From NCBI GenBank assembly GCA_031411115.1, contig JANOAO010000072.1, forward strand, positions 34,112-98,111: a DNA stretch of 64,000 nucleotides. The letters run 5' to 3'. Each line of letters opens with the position of its first letter. The first letter of the stretch is position 1. Below the pieces are notes generated by a model, which ran no database searches, was not told the origin of the DNA, and saw only the letters and a list, made by a program, of their open reading frames with translations. Of this stretch, positions 58,406 to 64,000 are shown piece after piece. The stretch is from Bacteroidota bacterium. GTDB lineage: Bacteria > Bacteroidota > Bacteroidia > Chitinophagales > Chitinophagaceae. Made by a program: the position numbers and the translations under genes.

Positions 58406-60514
58406 TTAATAATCTGAAATGATTACGGAATCTTTTTTCTTTTTTTCCTGTTGCATCACCGCTTCAATTCTGTTATTGGAAGAATCATTCAATGGTGGCT
58501 TTTTTGGTAATTCCTTTCGTATTTTATCAAGTGATTCATTTTCCACTTCGTTTTCTATACCGGTTGTATCGGTCGCTTCCTTTAATATACCTTTTGCTCT
58601 TAAATAAGCAGAATCTCTTGCATGCATCAAAGAATCCTGCCGGCGGATGGCGATCTGCATCCTTAAAGGTATCAGGCTCATTTTTGATATCTCTTCTGCT
58701 TTATCCTGCCGTTTTTTTCCCGCAATAGAATCATGTAAATATTTTTCAATCATCAAACTGGCAATCGGCGCTGCTGAACTGGCACCAAAACCTGCATTTT
58801 CACAAATTACGGCAATGGCTATACGTGGATTATCCCTTGGAGCAAATGCTGAGAAGAAAGCATGGTCTTTTTGTTTTACACCCTGGTATGCATTTTCCAC
58901 CGTTCCTGTTTTTCCGCAAACGATAACACCCGGTACCTGAGCATACTGGCCGGTTCCGCTTTCCATAACGCCCTGCATACCATCATGTACAGCTTCAAAC
59001 ACGCTATCTGCCACATGTATCGCCGTATGTTTTTCTGTATATTTTTCCAGCAACCCAAAATTATCGCCACCTTCAATGGAATCCACAACATGTGGTATGC
59101 GGTACCAGCCTTTATTGGCGAGGTATGCCATTTCATTTGCGACCTGCAAAGGCGTTGTCAATACTTCTCCTTGTCCGATACTTACCGAACGGAAGGTGCA
59201 GAAATTCCAGTGATTTTCACCATACACTTTATTATAAGTTGCAGCAGTAGGAATTTTTCCATTTTTTTCTGATGGAAGATCAATTCCTAATTTATGTCCA
59301 AGGCCAAATGCATTCATATAACGTGCCCAGTGATTCAGACTACTATCTGTTCTTCCGTATTTTGGATTGTTGATCACCCGCTGCATCACATTAGCGAAGT
59401 AAGTATTACAGGAATGTGTAATAGCTGCTTTAAGTGCAAACGTTCCGGGATCTAGGCAACGCATCGGTTTGCCGCAGCCATAGAAAGCGCCACTGCATCC
59501 GAAAGTTGTGGAGGGAGTAATCACACCTTCCTGCAATCCTACCAGTCCCTGCAAAGTTTTAAAAGTTGATCCGGGTGCATAATACGCTCCTATCGTTCTG
59601 TTAAGAAATGGAATACGCGGATCGAGCAACAATTGTGTATAATGTTTTTTTCTGTCGGCACCTGTTAACAAACTGGGTTTATAGGTAGGGCTGCTTATCA
59701 TTGCCAGTACGCCACCGGTTTGCGGGTCAAGTGCTACAATGGCGCCTACTTTATTTTGCATTAATAATTCACCAAATTCCTGTAATTCGATATCCAGTGA
59801 AGTAAACATATTTGACCCTGCAACGGCTGTGGTATCAAATGTTCCATTTTCAAGACGGCCTGTGATGCGGTTCTTATTATCGCGTTTATAATATTCTATT
59901 CCGCGTTGGCCCATCAGTACTTTTTCATAGGAAATTTCAAGCCCGGTTTTTCCTGCATAATCACCGGATACATATCCTTCATTGGGATGTTTGCGTAAAA
60001 AAGTAGTATCCACTTCACCGAGGTAACCCAATATATTTCCTGCCGCATCATAGGGATAACTTCTTACAGGCCTTTCCTGTAAAAAATAACCAGGACTGAA
60101 CCGATATAGATTTTCATTGAGCTTTGCCATTTTTTCATCACTCAGCAAACCTTCAAAAACAGAAGGACGGTAACTTTTATTTTTGATGATGGCAGAAATG
60201 ATCCGTTTTCTGAATTCAGCGGTATCTATTCCTAATATATTACAGAGTAAAGCCGTATCCGTTCCTTTAAGCTTTGATGGTGTTACCATCAGATCGTAGA
60301 TGATGGTATTTTGCAGGATGGATCTTCCTTTTCTGTCGTAAATAATTCCTCTGTCGGGATACACCACTTTTCGAAAGATTCCTTGATCGTCTGCGAGAAT
60401 TTTATATTTAGAAGAAAATACCTGTAAGGTGAACAAGCGGCCGATAATTATAAGAAAAGTGGCGATGAAGATCAGCCGTACAACATTTTTTCTTGAGTGA
60501 TTATATGAGGACAC
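58406..60514 (-). CDS. mrdA: Penicillin-binding protein 2 (elongasome transpeptidase) with a charged C-terminal extension
   Basis: SxxK (GSTFK), SxN (SCN), KTG (GKTGT). Confidence 0.9.
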   Translation of the reverse strand: MSSYNHSRKNVVRLIFIATFLIIIGRLFTLQVFSSKYKILADDQGIFRKVVYPDRGIIYDRKGRSILQNTIIYDLMVTPSKLKGTDTALLCNILGIDTAEFRKRIISAIIKNKSYRPSVFEGLLSDEKMAKLNENLYRFSPGYFLQERPVRSYPYDAAGNILGYLGEVDTTFLRKHPNEGYVSGDYAGKTGLEISYEKVLMGQRGIEYYKRDNKNRITGRLENGTFDTTAVAGSNMFTSLDIELQEFGELLMQNKVGAIVALDPQTGGVLAMISSPTYKPSLLTGADRKKHYTQLLLDPRIPFLNRTIGAYYAPGSTFKTLQGLVGLQEGVITPSTTFGCSGAFYGCGKPMRCLDPGTFALKAAITHSCNTYFANVMQRVINNPKYGRTDSSLNHWARYMNAFGLGHKLGIDLPSEKNGKIPTAATYNKVYGENHWNFCTFRSVSIGQGEVLTTPLQVANEMAYLANKGWYRIPHVVDSIEGGDNFGLLEKYTEKHTAIHVADSVFEAVHDGMQGVMESGTGQYAQVPGVIVCGKTGTVENAYQGVKQKDHAFFSAFAPRDNPRIAIAVICENAGFGASSAAPIASLMIEKYLHDSIAGKKRQDKAEEISKMSLIPLRMQIAIRRQDSLMHARDSAYLRAKGILKEATDTTGIENEVENESLDKIRKELPKKPPLNDSSNNRIEAVMQQEKKKKDSVIISDY

Positions 60515-60594
60515 GAGATTTTTTGAACATCAAAATTAGTTTTTTTCCTTAGTATTTTTTTAAACCTGCGAAAACAATTTAGAATTACAAAACG

Positions 60595-61128
60595 CTATAT
60601 GGTATTGGTGCGGAATTTTTGTTTGCGGGTGAATATTATTTCTACCAACATAATCAATAAAACAGATATAAGCGTTGATAGTAAAGTTTTCACAAGAAAA
60701 TACCATACGTTTCCAAACTGCCATGCTTCCAGCAAAAACAACCATGCGTTATGCACTAAACTTAATACACCTGCATAAACCAGATACGGCGCAATACCAC
60801 CGAGGCTTTTTACCGATGGTTCTTCATAATTATTATCAGCACCTTCCTGCGGAATCAGAATGTTGATAAGGAATGGCCGGATATAAGCAATCATTACACA
60901 GGCAGCCGCGTGAAAGCCTGGATGAAGACGAAAACTGTCCATGGTAAATCCCACCATAAAAGCGATAATCATCTGTACGCTCCGGTTCATATTAAATGGC
61001 ATCCACAAAATGAAAGTGAAATAAATGTAAGGTGTAACCATCTGGTGCAAACGGATCTTATCTAACACAAATACCTGTAAGAGGATAAACAAAATAAAAC
61101 GTACAATATTTTTTACCAGAAGGCTCAT
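60595..61128 (-). CDS. mreD: Rod shape-determining protein MreD
   Basis: 177-aa hydrophobic protein between mreC and mrdA. Confidence 0.75.
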   Translation of the reverse strand: MSLLVKNIVRFILFILLQVFVLDKIRLHQMVTPYIYFTFILWMPFNMNRSVQMIIAFMVGFTMDSFRLHPGFHAAACVMIAYIRPFLINILIPQEGADNNYEEPSVKSLGGIAPYLVYAGVLSLVHNAWLFLLEAWQFGNVWYFLVKTLLSTLISVLLIMLVEIIFTRKQKFRTNTI

Positions 61129-61129
61129 A

Positions 61130-61984
61130 TTATTGCTGCTTTTTTAGTTTATCCAAAAGATCATTTACCGGTTCTGTATGTACATTATCAATTGCATAAG
61201 CATATTGTATACTGTAAAAATTAGCAGCGGTTTTTAATTTGATCCGCAGATTGTTTGTGGAAGATTCTTTATATACAGCTTCTACCCTGCCGATCAGTAA
61301 GCCTTTAGGAAATGTAGTGCTAAATCCACTGGTAATGATGGAATCGCCTTTTGACAACCGGACACTTTTTGCTATACCTGTGAGGGTAACATAATTAGGT
61401 TCTTCCCCATCCCATATCACCGTTCCAGTTTCACCGGTTTTTACAATTTTTCCGCTGATACGGCTGTCTTTATGTAAGAGGCTCATCACCACTGCATAAT
61501 CATTGGTAACTTCTGTTATACGTCCTACTACATTATTATTTTGATCCACCACACCGCGATTATCTTTTAAACCTTCTCTTTTCCCTTTTGCCAAAATCAG
61601 AAAGTTATTTTGTGATACCACAGAATTGGAAACAACCTTTCCGCCGATATACGTATAGCGCCGGTATTGCAGCAGTGAATCGATCCTAAAAGTGTCAATG
61701 TAAGATTTGGTGATAGAATCCGGCAGATCAAAATCCTGTTTCAGTTTATTATACAAACGCTCGTTGGCTATTAGCAAAGAATCATTTGTCTTTTTAAGCT
61801 GAAAATAATTTTCAACTGCATTATAGCGTGAATTGATTTTTCCAGTTGCCTGATTGGAGATGTTACCAAACGCAGCTTCATGGTATTTACTGTAATGAAC
61901 AATAAAATAGATGCTTACTATCTGTAAGATGATAAATAGCAAAAAATTAAAATACCGGCGAATAAACAGAAAGATGTTTCGCAC
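61130..61984 (-). CDS. mreC: Rod shape-determining protein MreC
   Basis: N-terminal TM, coiled coil, and beta domain with GDSIITSG...FPKGLLIGRV. Confidence 0.85.
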   Translation of the reverse strand: MRNIFLFIRRYFNFLLFIILQIVSIYFIVHYSKYHEAAFGNISNQATGKINSRYNAVENYFQLKKTNDSLLIANERLYNKLKQDFDLPDSITKSYIDTFRIDSLLQYRRYTYIGGKVVSNSVVSQNNFLILAKGKREGLKDNRGVVDQNNNVVGRITEVTNDYAVVMSLLHKDSRISGKIVKTGETGTVIWDGEEPNYVTLTGIAKSVRLSKGDSIITSGFSTTFPKGLLIGRVEAVYKESSTNNLRIKLKTAANFYSIQYAYAIDNVHTEPVNDLLDKLKKQQ

Positions 61985-62025
61985 CTTAAGATATCATTTA
62001 TTTTATGGGTGATGCAGTTGTGTGT

Positions 62026-63051
62026 TTATCGCATTACAAAAGGAAACCTGTCATAATTCTTTAAGGCAATTCCTGTACCTCGAACTACGCTTTTGAGCGG
62101 ATCATCAGCAACGTGAACCGGTAATTTGATTTTAGCAGTAAGTCTTTTATCAAGACCTCTCAACAAGGCCCCACCTCCGGTGATGTATAAACCTCTGCGG
62201 TAAATATCAGCAGCCAGTTCGGGCGGAGTAGTCTCTAAAGCTTTTAAAATAGCTTCTTCAATTTTGAAAATACTTTTATCCAGTGCTTCGGCTACTTCCT
62301 GGTAACTTACCATTACCTGTTTAGGAATTCCCGTTACCAAATCTCTTCCATTTACCGGAATATCATCCGGAGGAGATTCCAAATCTTTCATGGCTGCACC
62401 TATCTGAATTTTAATTTGTTCTGCAGTGCGTTCTCCAATAAGTAAACTATGGTAACGGCGTAAAGCTTCCATGATATCAGCCGTAAATTCATCTCCTGCA
62501 ATTCTGATACTCTGGTCACAAACAATACCGGCCAGTGCAATTACCGTAATACCGGTAGTTCCACCTCCGATATCGATGATCATATTCCCAACCGGCTCTT
62601 CTACGTCGATACCAATACCGAGTGCCGCTGCCATGGGCTCATGAATTAAATATACTTCTTTGGCACCTGCCTGTTCGGCACTGTCTCTTACCGCACGTTT
62701 TTCAACTTCCGTAATGCTGCTGGGTATGCATATCATCATTCTCCAGCTTGGCGCAAATAATGGTTTTTTGGGATAGATCATTTTGATCATTTCCCTGATC
62801 ATCAGTTCGGCCGCATTAAAATCTGCAATAACCCCATCTCTTAATGGACGCACTGTACGGATACTTTCATGCGTCTTTTCATGCATCATCAATGCTTTTT
62901 TACCAACCGCTAACAGGTTCTTGGGATTGTTTCTGTCGAGTGCAACTATAGAGGGCTCATTTACAACAACTTCATCATTATGAATAATTAATGTATTGGC
63001 TGTTCCCAGGTCGACTGCAATTTCCTGTGTAAAAAAGTTGAATATGCCCAT
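62026..63051 (-). CDS. mreB: Rod shape-determining protein MreB
   Basis: Start taken at MGIFNFF. Motifs IAVDLGTANT, DIGGGTT, ITGGGALL. Confidence 0.95.
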   Translation of the reverse strand: MGIFNFFTQEIAVDLGTANTLIIHNDEVVVNEPSIVALDRNNPKNLLAVGKKALMMHEKTHESIRTVRPLRDGVIADFNAAELMIREMIKMIYPKKPLFAPSWRMMICIPSSITEVEKRAVRDSAEQAGAKEVYLIHEPMAAALGIGIDVEEPVGNMIIDIGGGTTGITVIALAGIVCDQSIRIAGDEFTADIMEALRRYHSLLIGERTAEQIKIQIGAAMKDLESPPDDIPVNGRDLVTGIPKQVMVSYQEVAEALDKSIFKIEEAILKALETTPPELAADIYRRGLYITGGGALLRGLDKRLTAKIKLPVHVADDPLKSVVRGTGIALKNYDRFPFVMR

Positions 63052-63210
63052 ATTTTGTAGGATCCTCAGGGGTAGTTTGAGTATCTGCAAAGTTGATGTA
63101 AAATATTGGATTAAACAACGTTAAAATATTGATGAGTGTTGTTTACTGACAGGCTTTTGAGAACATCAGTTGATTACTAATTTATTTAGTTGATAAAAAA
63201 TATTTTTTAA

Positions 63211-64000
63211 TCAGTAGGCGTTGCGGAATTCGTAACCTATATCGCCTCTGAAATAAATATCTTCAAAATAAATTTGTTCAAGATTATAGGTTGAAATTTC
63301 TGCTGCTTCCCGAATATTTTCTCCCAGCGATGTGGCTGCTAAAACTCTGCCGCCATTGGTAATAAGCTTTCCATTATCATATAAAGTACCCGAATGAAAA
63401 ATGAGTGTTTCCTCCGGGCGGATGGAATCGATACCGTGAATTTCAATACCGGTTCTAAAAAGACCGGGATAACCACCACTTACGGCAACAACGGTAGCAG
63501 CGGATCTCTCATCAATATCAATTTTTACACATGCAAAATTTTTATCAAATACGGCCAACAATAATTCCACGAGGTCATTTTTTATTCTTGGGAGGATCAC
63601 TTCTGTTTCCGGATCACCCAGGCGGCAATTATATTCGATCACCATTGGCTCATTTTCTCTGATCATCAATCCGAAAAATATAAACCCGTTGTAATCCAAT
63701 TTTTCTTTTTGTAAACCATCAATAGTGGGCTGAATGATTGTTGTCAAAACTTTTTGCTGCAAAGCCTCATTATAAAATGGTACCGGACTAACCGCTCCCA
63801 TGCCTCCGGTATTTAAGCCTTTATCATTTTCGCCAATCCGTTTATAATCTTTTGCTTCCGGCAGAAGTATAAATTCTTTTCCATTGGTAAGAATAAATGC
63901 ACTCATTTCCATTCCTTCTAAAAATTCTTCTATCACCACTTTATTTCCTGATACGCCAAATTTTGCCTGCAGTATCATCAGTTCAAATTCTGCAAGTGCT
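63211..64000 (-). CDS. purD: Phosphoribosylamine-glycine ligase, C-terminal part (5' end outside the window)
   Basis: EEFLEG.E.S, NTGGMGA, RLGDPE. The frame stays open to the window edge (..ALAEFELMILQ..). Confidence 0.88.
   Translation of the reverse strand, partial: ALAEFELMILQAKFGVSGNKVVIEEFLEGMEMSAFILTNGKEFILLPEAKDYKRIGENDKGLNTGGMGAVSPVPFYNEALQQKVLTTIIQPTIDGLQKEKLDYNGFIFFGLMIRENEPMVIEYNCRLGDPETEVILPRIKNDLVELLLAVFDKNFACVKIDIDERSAATVVAVSGGYPGLFRTGIEIHGIDSIRPEETLIFHSGTLYDNGKLITNGGRVLAATSLGENIREAAEISTYNLEQIYFEDIYFRGDIGYEFRNAY

Overview
AT-rich (by eye under 40% GC) chromosomal segment that looks like Bacteroidota, probably Chitinophagia/Sphingobacteriia-like. The support is CarboxypepD_reg-type TonB-dependent receptors, a GldA-like ABC ATPase, a PSP1 protein with a Cys/Gly-rich N-terminus, TAnnTTTG-type promoter boxes, no Shine-Dalgarno sequences, and many lipoproteins.

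The window is mostly core housekeeping:
- Cell shape: mreB-mreC-mreD-mrdA-rodA operon.
- DNA repair and replication: radA-comF, holB, nth, mutL.
- Central metabolism: eno, acs, galE, a transketolase C-terminal half, korA-like, icmF, pdxA, purD (partial).
- RNA modification: rsmA, queA.
- Envelope and transport: two TonB-dependent receptors, a porin, a DUF47-PiT phosphate pair, two ABC modules, an ECF sigma/anti-sigma module, and peptidoglycan enzymes (amidase, PBP4, GH3 plus beta-lactamase-fold).

I found no rRNA, tRNA or CRISPR array, and no recognisable defence, toxin or secondary-metabolite cluster. I could not identify a convincing new multi-gene system.

The most unusual observations are:
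1. A single Y1/HUH (IS200/RAYT-type) transposase cassette sits in the 3' end of icmF. It is bracketed by a 75-bp duplication of the icmF terminus and carries a 22-bp perfect palindrome plus a stem that occludes its start codon.
2. A GH3 hydrolase and a beta-lactamase-fold ORF are joined only by a -1 shift on an in-frame A_AAA_AAG heptamer inside an A9 run.
3. A Nei/Fpg-family glycosylase is broken by three single-base frameshifts.
4. A short LigD-type ligase relic lies in an intergenic gap.
5. The PSP1/RicT-like protein has a roughly 115-aa Q/P/R/N-rich tail.

All functional calls rest on motifs recognised by eye in the supplied translations. No database search was possible.
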